Shown: in pieces, positions 25,930-36,683 of the stretch | How the letters are laid out: every line of letters starts with the position of its first letter | Position numbering within the stretch: the first letter of the stretch is position 1 | NCBI GenBank assembly: GCA_044347565.1 | Contig: JBIKUN010000003.1 | Span: forward strand, 13,332 to 77,331 | Source of the DNA: Vicinamibacterales bacterium | GTDB lineage: Bacteria > Acidobacteriota > Vicinamibacteria > Vicinamibacterales > UBA2999 | DNA: 64,000 nucleotides | Reading direction: 5' to 3' | The notes under the pieces: model-generated | Seen by the model: only the letters and a program-made list of their open reading frames with translations | Databases searched by the model: none | What the model was told of the DNA's origin: nothing | Program-made: the position numbers and the translations under genes

Positions 25930-26883
25930 TTACTCATCACTCCGACCGCGCGAGCCAGCGACGTATCCGCCACGCGCCCGAACCGTCAGGTTCTTCCTGG
26001 TTGTCCGAATCTCAATCGGGTGCCAGCCGGCCCCCGCGCCAGGTTCGAACGCGATCAAATACTGCTGACGCAGCTCGCGCACCACCTGCCTGGCCACCTT
26101 GCTCGTGTCCGACGGCGTGCTGGCATAGAACAGCTCGCCTCCCGTCCACGCCGCAAGCTCTCGAATCGTGCCCACCGAGGCCGGCGGTTCGTCGCGGGGA
26201 CGTCCGTTTTCATCCGGGTTGTCGATGGGAAGCACGACCGCAATCACGTAGACGGGCACGTCGATCTCGCTCGCGATGCCCGAAACTTCCGCCGGCGTCA
26301 GCCGGCTGGCGGTGTCGATGCCGTCGGTCAGCACGATGATCGCGCGGCGGCTGTTGGCCCGCTCGTGGATCGTCCGTGCGGTCTCGGCGATGGCATCGTG
26401 CAGCGAAGTGGCCCCGAACGGTTCGACCTCCCCCAGCGCACCTTGCAGGGCACGCGTATCGACCGTAAACGGGGCCACCTCGTGCAGCCGGCTGTCGAAA
26501 GCAAACAGCGCGGCTTCGTCGCGGCCGTGCTCCAACCAGGAGAGCACATGGTTGGCCGCAAACTTGGCGGCAAGCGATCTGGACGCCACGTCCATGCTGC
26601 CGCTGACATCGAACAGAATCGCCACGCTCACCGGCGCAGCCTCGGTGCGGAACGCGCTGATGCGCCGGGGCACGCCCCGGTCGAGCACCTCGAAATCGGC
26701 TACCGTCAAATCACTCACCGCCCGTCCGCGTTTGTCGCGAACGGTCGCACTGACGGTGACGAGGTCCACGCCCGACCGGAACACTCCGGCAGACTGGTCT
26801 GCGTCGACCGGCGGTCCGGTCGTTTGACCGTAAGCCGGAGCCGTCAGCAGGGCGACGAGGGAGGCAATCACTGCCCGCTGCAT
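25930..26883 (-). CDS. VWA domain protein of the VWFA-related acidobacterial type (TIGR03436-like)
   Basis: The signal peptide is MQRAVIASLVALLTAPAYG. Matching segments are FRSGVDLVTVSATVRDKRGRAVSDLTVADFEV, the MIDAS motif ILFDVSGSM, and the C-terminus YLIAFEP...IEIRTTRKNLTVRARGGY. Confidence 0.8.
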   Translation of the reverse strand: MQRAVIASLVALLTAPAYGQTTGPPVDADQSAGVFRSGVDLVTVSATVRDKRGRAVSDLTVADFEVLDRGVPRRISAFRTEAAPVSVAILFDVSGSMDVASRSLAAKFAANHVLSWLEHGRDEAALFAFDSRLHEVAPFTVDTRALQGALGEVEPFGATSLHDAIAETARTIHERANSRRAIIVLTDGIDTASRLTPAEVSGIASEIDVPVYVIAVVLPIDNPDENGRPRDEPPASVGTIRELAAWTGGELFYASTPSDTSKVARQVVRELRQQYLIAFEPGAGAGWHPIEIRTTRKNLTVRARGGYVAGSRGRSDE

Positions 26884-27105
26884 GCCTTCGCCTTTTACAA
26901 CCTCTGTGCCATCTTGTTTAAGTGTTGATAACAAACAACTTGAAGATTTCTGACGATCGCGGCATTGGGCACCGATTGCCGAGAAACGGTAAGACTTACA
27001 CACACCATGTAAATTCCGACTGGGTCGGCATCGCCGGAGGCGACCTGAATTGCCCGATTTTGCACGCCGGCGCCGGATGTCCCCCGGGGTCGGGGCGGCG
27101 GCTGT

Positions 27106-27111
27106 TAAGAT
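27106..27111 (+). promoter_or_regulatory. Candidate -10 box TAAGAT, 10 nt upstream of ATG 27122 (no SD)
   Basis: The sequence is CTGTTAAGATcgccggcgccATG, at the end of a 238-nt AT-enriched divergent intergenic region. Confidence 0.35.
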
Positions 27112-27121
27112 CGCCGGCGCC

Positions 27122-28333
27122 ATGTCCACCGCCACGACGCCGATCCGCGCGGCCAACCGCGTGCACCGCTTCACCTACGCCATCCGCCAGGTCGTGGCCG
27201 AAGCGAAGAAGGTGGAAGCCACCGGCATGGCGGTGCGCTACCTGAACATCGGCGACCCGAACGCCTTCGGCTTCGTGACGCCGCCGCACCTCATCGAGGC
27301 CGCCGCCAGGGCGATGCGCGACGGCCACAACGGCTACACCGCCTCGGCCGGCATCCTGCCAGCCCGCGAGGCCGCCGCTGCCGACTTCAGCGCCCGCGGC
27401 GTCGAGGTGTCGCCGGATCGGGTGCTCATCACGTCGGGCACGTCCGAAGGCATCGAACTGGCGCTCACGGCGATCGTGAACGAAGGCGACGACGTGCTCG
27501 TGCCGTCGCCGACCTATCCGCTCTACACGGCCGTGCTCGCCAAGATCGGCGCGAACCCGGTGTACTACCGCACCGACCCAGCCCGCGGCTGGCTGCCCGA
27601 CCTCGAGCACATGGCACACGCCGTCACGGCGAAGACCCGCGCGCTCGTGCTCATCGACCCGAACAACCCGACCGGCGCGATCTATCCCGAGGCGCTGCGC
27701 CGCGAGCTCATCGACTTCGCGGTGATGCGCGGCCTGGTCATCCTCGCCGACGAGGTCTATGGCGATCTGGGCTTCGACGGCCCGGTGCCGCCGATGGCGG
27801 CCCTGGCGCCCGATGCGCCGATCATTTCGTATTCGTCGCTCTCGAAGGCGTATCTCGCGCCCGGCTGGCGCGCCGGCTGGATGGCCGTGGGTGCCACGCC
27901 ACGCCTCGACGAGGCGCTCGCCGCGATCAAGAAGCTGGCCGACGGGCGTCTCTGCAGCCCTGGCCCGATGCAGTACGCGGTGACGGCGGCGCTCACCGGC
28001 GACCGCTCGCACCAGGTGGCGTTCCGCAGGGAACTCAAGCTGCGGTCGGATCTCACCGTGGCCCGCTTCAACGCCATGCCCGGCATGCACGTGGTGGCGC
28101 CGCAGGCGGCCTTCTACGCGATGCCGCAGGTGGCGCTGCCGCCCGGCAAGACCGACGAAGACTTCGTGCTCGGCCTGCTGCGCGCCAGGGGCATTCTGGT
28201 GGTGCACGGCTCGGGCTTCGGCCTGCCTGCCAACGGCGGCTACTTCCGCGTCGTCTTCCTCGCCTCGCCGGCCGAGCTTGCGTCGATCTACGACGACGTG
28301 GCCGGCTTCGCGCGGGAGTTCGCGCAGGCCTGA
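27122..28333 (+). CDS. alaA: Alanine/glutamate-pyruvate aminotransferase, AlaA-like (class I/II PLP enzyme)
   Basis: It is collinear with my recollection of E. coli AlaA: LNIGDPNAFGF (AlaA LNIGNPAPFGF), NPNNPTGA, SLSKAYLAPGWRAGW (AlaA GLSKTYRVAGFRQGW) and FRVVFL. Confidence 0.75.
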   Translation: MSTATTPIRAANRVHRFTYAIRQVVAEAKKVEATGMAVRYLNIGDPNAFGFVTPPHLIEAAARAMRDGHNGYTASAGILPAREAAAADFSARGVEVSPDRVLITSGTSEGIELALTAIVNEGDDVLVPSPTYPLYTAVLAKIGANPVYYRTDPARGWLPDLEHMAHAVTAKTRALVLIDPNNPTGAIYPEALRRELIDFAVMRGLVILADEVYGDLGFDGPVPPMAALAPDAPIISYSSLSKAYLAPGWRAGWMAVGATPRLDEALAAIKKLADGRLCSPGPMQYAVTAALTGDRSHQVAFRRELKLRSDLTVARFNAMPGMHVVAPQAAFYAMPQVALPPGKTDEDFVLGLLRARGILVVHGSGFGLPANGGYFRVVFLASPAELASIYDDVAGFAREFAQA

Positions 28334-28338
28334 TCCCG

Positions 28339-30315
28339 GTGCCGCTCTTCCTGCGCGGGCGCGGCGGCCAGACGCTGGCCGCCTTCGTGGCCTACGTCGC
28401 GCTGACCATCGCGATGACGTGGCCGATCGCCCGTGGCATCACCCGCGACGTGCCCGCCGACCTCGGCGACGCGCTGCTCAACATGTGGATCATGGCGTGG
28501 GACAGCGAGGCCCTCGTCGCCATGGCGTCGGGCACCATGTCGTTCGCCGAGCTCTGGAACGGCAACATCTTCCATCCGTCGCCGCTCAGCCTGACCTTCT
28601 CCGAACACCTGCTGCCGCAGGCGGTGCAGGGCCTGCCCTTCTATCTCGCTACCGGCAACATCGTGCTCGCCTACAACGTGGTGTTCCTCGCCACGTTCGC
28701 CCTCTCGGGCCTCGGCATGTTCCTGTTCGTGCGCGAGCTGACCGGCCAGGCGCGCGTGGCGTTCGTGGCCGGTCTGTTCTTCGCGTTCGTGCCGTACCGG
28801 CTGGGGCAGTTTCCGCACGTCCAGACGATCTCGTCGCAGTGGATGCCCTTCGCGCTCTTCGGCCTGCGGCGTTTCTTCGACAGGGGACGCCTCACCGCGC
28901 TCGCCGGCGGCATCGCGGCCTTCGTCGTGCAGGGCCTCTCGACCGGCTACTACCTCTTCTACTTCGCGCCGGTGCTCGGCGGCTACGCGCTGTGGGAGAT
29001 GGTGGTGCGGCGGCGACTGCGGCACGCGCCCACGTGGATCGCGATGATCGCGGCGGCGGCCGGGGCCGTGGGCGCGAGCCTGCCGTTCCTGCTGCCGTAT
29101 CTCGAGGCGCGGGACACCTTCGGACTCACACGGCCCTTCGAGGAAGTGCTCGGGCTCTCGGCGGATCTCTACGCCTACGTCAACGCGCCGCCACAGCTGT
29201 ATTTGTGGGGTCCGCGGCTGAACGGATATCCGCAGCCCGAAGGCGACCTCTTCTTCGGCGCCGTGCAGGTGCTGCTCGCGCTCGTCGCCGTGGGTCTCTG
29301 GGGCTGGCAGGCCTGGCGGGCCGGCCGTGGGCAGGCCCTCGCCGTGGGCACGTCCGACGGCCGCGTGCGTCTCCTGCTCGGGCTCACGGCGGCTACGCTC
29401 GTGGCCGCGCTCGTGCTGGCCGTGACCGGCGGCTACACGGGCGAAATCGCGGGCGTGACAATCCGCATCACCAACGTGCGGCGCGCGATGGTCGTCGCCG
29501 CGATCCTGTTCGCGCTGGTGCTGTGGTACTCGCCGCGCGTGCGCACGGCGGTGCGGGCGCATCCGGGCGACCTCACGCCGCTCTTCGTCATCGCCGTCGT
29601 CTTCGCGGTCGTGATGTCACTCGGTCCGCTGCCCCGCGCCGGCGGCGTGCGCCTGAGCGGCCTCGGCCTCTACGCCACGTTCTTCGAGTGGGTGCCGGGC
29701 TACGACGGCCTGCGCGTGCCGGCCCGCTTCGCGATGGTCGCCGCGGCGATGCTCGCACCGCTCGCCGCCTACGCGCTGGCACCGCTCGGACGTCGCGGCC
29801 TCGTGGGCACGCTGGCCTTGGTCCTCACCGGCACGCTGTTCCTGGCCGAGTCGTACGCGGTGCCGATGCCGGTGAATCTCAACTGGGACACGGGTCCGCG
29901 GTATGCGATGCCGTGGGGCGCCGTCCATCGGCTGAACGAGGGGCCGCTGGCCTACCGGCACCTGCTCGCCATGCCCGACGACACGGTTGTGATGGAGCTG
30001 CCCTTCGGCGACTCGGCGTGGGATCTGCGGTACGTCTACTACGCCGGCCTGCACGGCAAGCGCATCGTGAACGGCTACAGCGGCTACTTCCCCGATGGCT
30101 ATCGCGCGCGGGCGGCGCGGCTCTCCGCGATCTGGACCGATCGCGACGCGGCGTGGACGGCCATCACGACCTCCGGCGCCACGCACGTGCTGGTGCACGT
30201 CGACGGGTTCCGCGAACAGGAAGGGCCGGCGATGGTCTCGTGGCTGCAGACCCAGGGCGCGCGCATCACGGCCGGGTTCGACGACGGCGATCTGCTCTTC
30301 GCCCTGCCACAGTAG
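28339..30315 (+). CDS. Polytopic membrane protein, GT-C-like candidate glycosyltransferase (paralog of 23436-25097)
   Basis: GTG 28339 lies 5 nt after the alaA stop. The first-loop motif is ADLGDALLNMWIMAW, followed by many helices. The C-terminal domain carries NGYSGYFPDGY. Confidence 0.55.
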   Translation: MPLFLRGRGGQTLAAFVAYVALTIAMTWPIARGITRDVPADLGDALLNMWIMAWDSEALVAMASGTMSFAELWNGNIFHPSPLSLTFSEHLLPQAVQGLPFYLATGNIVLAYNVVFLATFALSGLGMFLFVRELTGQARVAFVAGLFFAFVPYRLGQFPHVQTISSQWMPFALFGLRRFFDRGRLTALAGGIAAFVVQGLSTGYYLFYFAPVLGGYALWEMVVRRRLRHAPTWIAMIAAAAGAVGASLPFLLPYLEARDTFGLTRPFEEVLGLSADLYAYVNAPPQLYLWGPRLNGYPQPEGDLFFGAVQVLLALVAVGLWGWQAWRAGRGQALAVGTSDGRVRLLLGLTAATLVAALVLAVTGGYTGEIAGVTIRITNVRRAMVVAAILFALVLWYSPRVRTAVRAHPGDLTPLFVIAVVFAVVMSLGPLPRAGGVRLSGLGLYATFFEWVPGYDGLRVPARFAMVAAAMLAPLAAYALAPLGRRGLVGTLALVLTGTLFLAESYAVPMPVNLNWDTGPRYAMPWGAVHRLNEGPLAYRHLLAMPDDTVVMELPFGDSAWDLRYVYYAGLHGKRIVNGYSGYFPDGYRARAARLSAIWTDRDAAWTAITTSGATHVLVHVDGFREQEGPAMVSWLQTQGARITAGFDDGDLLFALPQ

Positions 30316-30403
30316 ATCCCGCGGCGGGCGTGGCAGAGCGTCGGCGACGAGGGCCGCCGGCAGGACGCAGGGGGCGCCCGAGACGAGAGCAGGAATCCGG
30401 TGC

Positions 30404-33166
<2,763 letters not shown>

Positions 33167-33405
33167 CTCCAGTGCAATGCCGGCGGCACGGCTGACCAAC
33201 GCACATGACGACGCGTCGAACGGCATCGACAGTCTATCGTGCGGCCGCGCGTGACCAGACCGGCCGTGAGGCAGCACGACCGTGCACCGTCAAACGGGGT
33301 TTGCATGCCTGTGATGTCGCTGTCGTCCCAAACCGTGAAAGTGGGGAACACCGGTCGTCCAGCCCGCTTGGGTCGGGTGTCTCCTGCGGCCGGCGGGGAG
33401 TTGTC

Positions 33406-36400
33406 ATGTCCGCACGTCCGCTGTCCGTGGGTGCCGCGGGGCTTCGCGCCCTCGGTCTTGTCCTTGCTCTGATCCTGCCGCAGGCCGCGTTCGCGCAGAC
33501 CGATGCCGGCACACTGCGCATCCTGGTCTCCGACGAAAGCCAGGCCGTGGTGCCCGGCGCCAATGTCGACGTCGTCAACGCCGCCACCGGTGTCACGCGG
33601 TCGGCGGTAAGTGATGCGTCCGGCTTCGGGCAGTTCTCGCCGCTGCCGCGCGGTCTCTACACCGTCCGCGTCAGCCTCGCCGGTTTCCGCACCGTCGAAG
33701 TGAGCGCCGTGCGAATCGATGTCAACGAGCGCCGCTTCCTGCCCGTGACGCTTGCGGTCGCCACCACCAGTGAGGTGGTGGAGGTGGTGTCACGCGCGGC
33801 GGTGATTCAGACCGAAGACGGATCGCTCGGTCAGGTGATCAAGGGCGAGGTGGCGGTGGAACTGCCGCTGGCCGGCCGTCGCTACACCGAACTGGCGCTG
33901 CTCGTGCCCGGCACCGCCGCCAGCACCATGACCGTCGAGACGCGCGGGCCGGGCTGGTTCGTCTCGAACGGCAACTACCACACCCAGAACAACTTCATCC
34001 TCGATGGCTTCGACAACAACCAGGGCACCCAGAACGCGCAGTCGCTGTCCGCGCAGGTGGTGCAGCCGTCGCCGGATGCGATTGGCGAGTTCAAGGTGCA
34101 GACCAACAGCTTCTCGGCCGAGTTCGGCCGCTCGGCGGGTGCGGTCGTCAACGTGTCGCTGAAGTCGGGGACCAATGAGACGCGCGGCACCGCCTTCTAC
34201 TTCAACCGCGACAAGGCGCTCGCCGCCACGTCATGGCGCGCCAACCTCATCGGCGCCCCCAAGGAAGATCTGCAGTGGCATCAGGGCGGCTCCACGATCG
34301 GTGGCCCGATTGTCCGCAACAAGACCTTCTACTTCGGCTCGTACGAAGGTTTCCGCCGCAACTTCTCGAACACCTTCCTCGTGAACGTGCCCACTGCCGC
34401 CCAGCGGGCCGGCGTCTTCAACACGACCATTCGCGACCCGCGAACCGGGCTGGAGTTTCCCAACAACACGATTCCGCGCGACCGCTGGGATCCGCTGGGC
34501 GCGCGGCTCCTCGACCTGTATCCGCAGCCCAATCTGCCGGGCCGCTCGGCCGCCGGCGGCCGCGTGATCGAAAACTACGGCGTGCAGCGGCCCGGCCGCG
34601 AGAACACCCACAAGTCCGACCTGCGTTTCGATCACTCGCTGGGCAGCACCGATCGGCTGATGGCGCGTTACAGCTTCCTGCAGCAGGACATCTACCGCGA
34701 TGCCCTGTTCGAGGGGCTCGGCGACGGCGTCGGCAACCAGGGGGAGCAGTTCAACCGCAATCAGAGCTTCGGCCTGGGCTGGACCAGAATCGTCGGCAGC
34801 CGCATGGTCAACGAGGCGCGCGTCGGCTACAACCGCACGCACTCGCGCTTCGCGCATGCCACCGCCAACGAGCAGACCGCCGCCGAGTTCGGCTTCCGCG
34901 GGCTGCCCGACTTCATGGGCACGACCGGCGGCCTGCCGCTCATCTCGCCGGCCAACTACAACCCGCTCGGCACCCGGAACTTCCGGCCGCAGTACCAGAA
35001 CCCGCACCACTGGCAGTTCCAGAACACGCTGACGCTCGCCCTGGGTGCGCACGCGGTGCGCTCGGGCGTCGAGGTGCGCGTGAAGAACAACGAGCTCGTG
35101 GACGTCGTACGCCGCACGCCCTCGTATTCGTTCACCGGGCAGGTGTCGGGCGAGAGCATCGCCGACCTGCTGCTCGGCGTGCCGCGCGAACTGGCCGCCA
35201 CGACCCTGCCGGTCGTCGACTGGGCGCAGCAGGCGTATGCGGCCTTCGTCCAGGACGACTGGAAGGTGCGGCCCAACCTCACGCTCAACCTCGGGCTGCG
35301 CTACGAGTACACGACGCCCTTCTACGGCGCGGGTGACAACAAGAACGTCAACTTCGACTTCGCGACCGCCCAGCTGATTCAGGCGACCGACGACAACCCG
35401 TACCTGATGGACCCCGACCGCAACAACTTCGCGCCGCGCCTCGGCTTCGCGTGGCAGGCGACCCCGGAACGAGTGGTCGTCCGCGGCGGCCTCGGCGTCT
35501 TCTACTCGATGGAGGACATGCGCGGCAGCGAGGGCATCATCGCGCTGAACCCGCCGGCGCTCGTGCAGGCGGCGCTCGTCGGCACCGGCAACGGCTCGCC
35601 GATCGGCCTCTCGGATCCGTTCCCGGCCGGCTTCCTCTCGAACTTCAATCCCTCGAACGTCTCGGTCAAGGCCCGCGAACGGAACCAGCAGGCCGCGACG
35701 GTCTATCAGTGGAACGTCGCCACGGAAGTGCTCCTGCCCTTCCAGACGACGATGGAAGTGGCGTATGTCGGCAATGTCGGCCGCAACCTGCTGACCATCG
35801 TGCCGGTGAACGCGGTCGACTTCGGCCGGGATGGTTCGGTACCCGCGAACCGGCCGTATCCGGGATGGCAGCAGATCGAGAACAACATCACCAGGGGCCA
35901 GTCGACCTACCACTCCCTGCAGGCCAAAGTGGAACGCCGGCTGTCGAAGGGCTTCTATGCGCTGGCGTCGTACACCTACGCGCGCGCGGAAGACGAGGTG
36001 GGCGCGTGGGGCGCCGGTGGCAGCGGCGTGCAGGCGCAGGTGAAACCCGACCTGTCGAACGTCGACCAGGCGCTGCGTGGCGAGCGCGGTCCCAACGGCC
36101 AGATTCCCCGTCAGCGCTTCACCTTCACGGAGGTGTGGCAGCTGCCGATCGGCCGCGGCCGCTCGGTGGGCGCCAACATGCCGGTGCTGGCCGATGCCGT
36201 GCTCGGCGGCTGGCAGATGTCGACCATCTGGACGCTCCGTTCCGGCCTGCCGGTGAACGTCTCGCTGGCGGGCAACGGCGTCGACCCCAACACGGGGCTG
36301 AGCTACGCCTTCCTCAACCGCAACGGCGGATCCCTGCGGCCTAATCTGGTCGGCAACCCCGCGGGGGCTGACGCCAGTGTCAACCGCCTCGCCTTCCTCG

Positions 36401-36675
36401 ACCCGCGTGCCTATGCGCTGCAGCCGGTCAACACGCCCGGCAACGCACCGCGCAACTCGGCGTGGGGCCCCGGCTCCTTCACGGTCGATGCCAGCCTGGT
36501 CAAGCGATTCGCCTTCGGCGAACGCCGCGCCGACCTGCGCATCGAAGCCTTCAACCTGCTCAACCGCACGAACTACCAGAACCCCGCCTCTACCTGGGGG
36601 CTGGCCAACTTCGGCGTCATCAGCGACGCGTTCGACCCCCGGGTCGTGCAGGTCGCGCTGCGCTTCGCCTTCTGA
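33406..36675 (+). CDS. TonB-dependent outer-membrane receptor with an N-terminal carboxypeptidase-regulatory-like domain
   Basis: SD GGGGAG precedes the ATG, and there is a signal peptide. The CarboxypepD_reg segment is GTLRILVSDESQAVVPGANVDVVNAATG...GLYTVRVSLAGF. Plug and barrel follow, and the C-terminus is VVQVALRFAF. Confidence 0.85.
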   Translation: MSARPLSVGAAGLRALGLVLALILPQAAFAQTDAGTLRILVSDESQAVVPGANVDVVNAATGVTRSAVSDASGFGQFSPLPRGLYTVRVSLAGFRTVEVSAVRIDVNERRFLPVTLAVATTSEVVEVVSRAAVIQTEDGSLGQVIKGEVAVELPLAGRRYTELALLVPGTAASTMTVETRGPGWFVSNGNYHTQNNFILDGFDNNQGTQNAQSLSAQVVQPSPDAIGEFKVQTNSFSAEFGRSAGAVVNVSLKSGTNETRGTAFYFNRDKALAATSWRANLIGAPKEDLQWHQGGSTIGGPIVRNKTFYFGSYEGFRRNFSNTFLVNVPTAAQRAGVFNTTIRDPRTGLEFPNNTIPRDRWDPLGARLLDLYPQPNLPGRSAAGGRVIENYGVQRPGRENTHKSDLRFDHSLGSTDRLMARYSFLQQDIYRDALFEGLGDGVGNQGEQFNRNQSFGLGWTRIVGSRMVNEARVGYNRTHSRFAHATANEQTAAEFGFRGLPDFMGTTGGLPLISPANYNPLGTRNFRPQYQNPHHWQFQNTLTLALGAHAVRSGVEVRVKNNELVDVVRRTPSYSFTGQVSGESIADLLLGVPRELAATTLPVVDWAQQAYAAFVQDDWKVRPNLTLNLGLRYEYTTPFYGAGDNKNVNFDFATAQLIQATDDNPYLMDPDRNNFAPRLGFAWQATPERVVVRGGLGVFYSMEDMRGSEGIIALNPPALVQAALVGTGNGSPIGLSDPFPAGFLSNFNPSNVSVKARERNQQAATVYQWNVATEVLLPFQTTMEVAYVGNVGRNLLTIVPVNAVDFGRDGSVPANRPYPGWQQIENNITRGQSTYHSLQAKVERRLSKGFYALASYTYARAEDEVGAWGAGGSGVQAQVKPDLSNVDQALRGERGPNGQIPRQRFTFTEVWQLPIGRGRSVGANMPVLADAVLGGWQMSTIWTLRSGLPVNVSLAGNGVDPNTGLSYAFLNRNGGSLRPNLVGNPAGADASVNRLAFLDPRAYALQPVNTPGNAPRNSAWGPGSFTVDASLVKRFAFGERRADLRIEAFNLLNRTNYQNPASTWGLANFGVISDAFDPRVVQVALRFAF

Positions 36676-36683
36676 GTGCATCG

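Noticed and set aside
26896-26911. Sigma-54-like 16-mers TGGCACAGAGGTTGTA (minus strand, 26896-26911) and GGCACGCGTCTTGA (plus strand, 49370-49383).
   Set aside because: Both lack the nearly invariant C of the -12 GC element (GT and GA instead). They are kept only as remarks inside other findings, not called as promoters.
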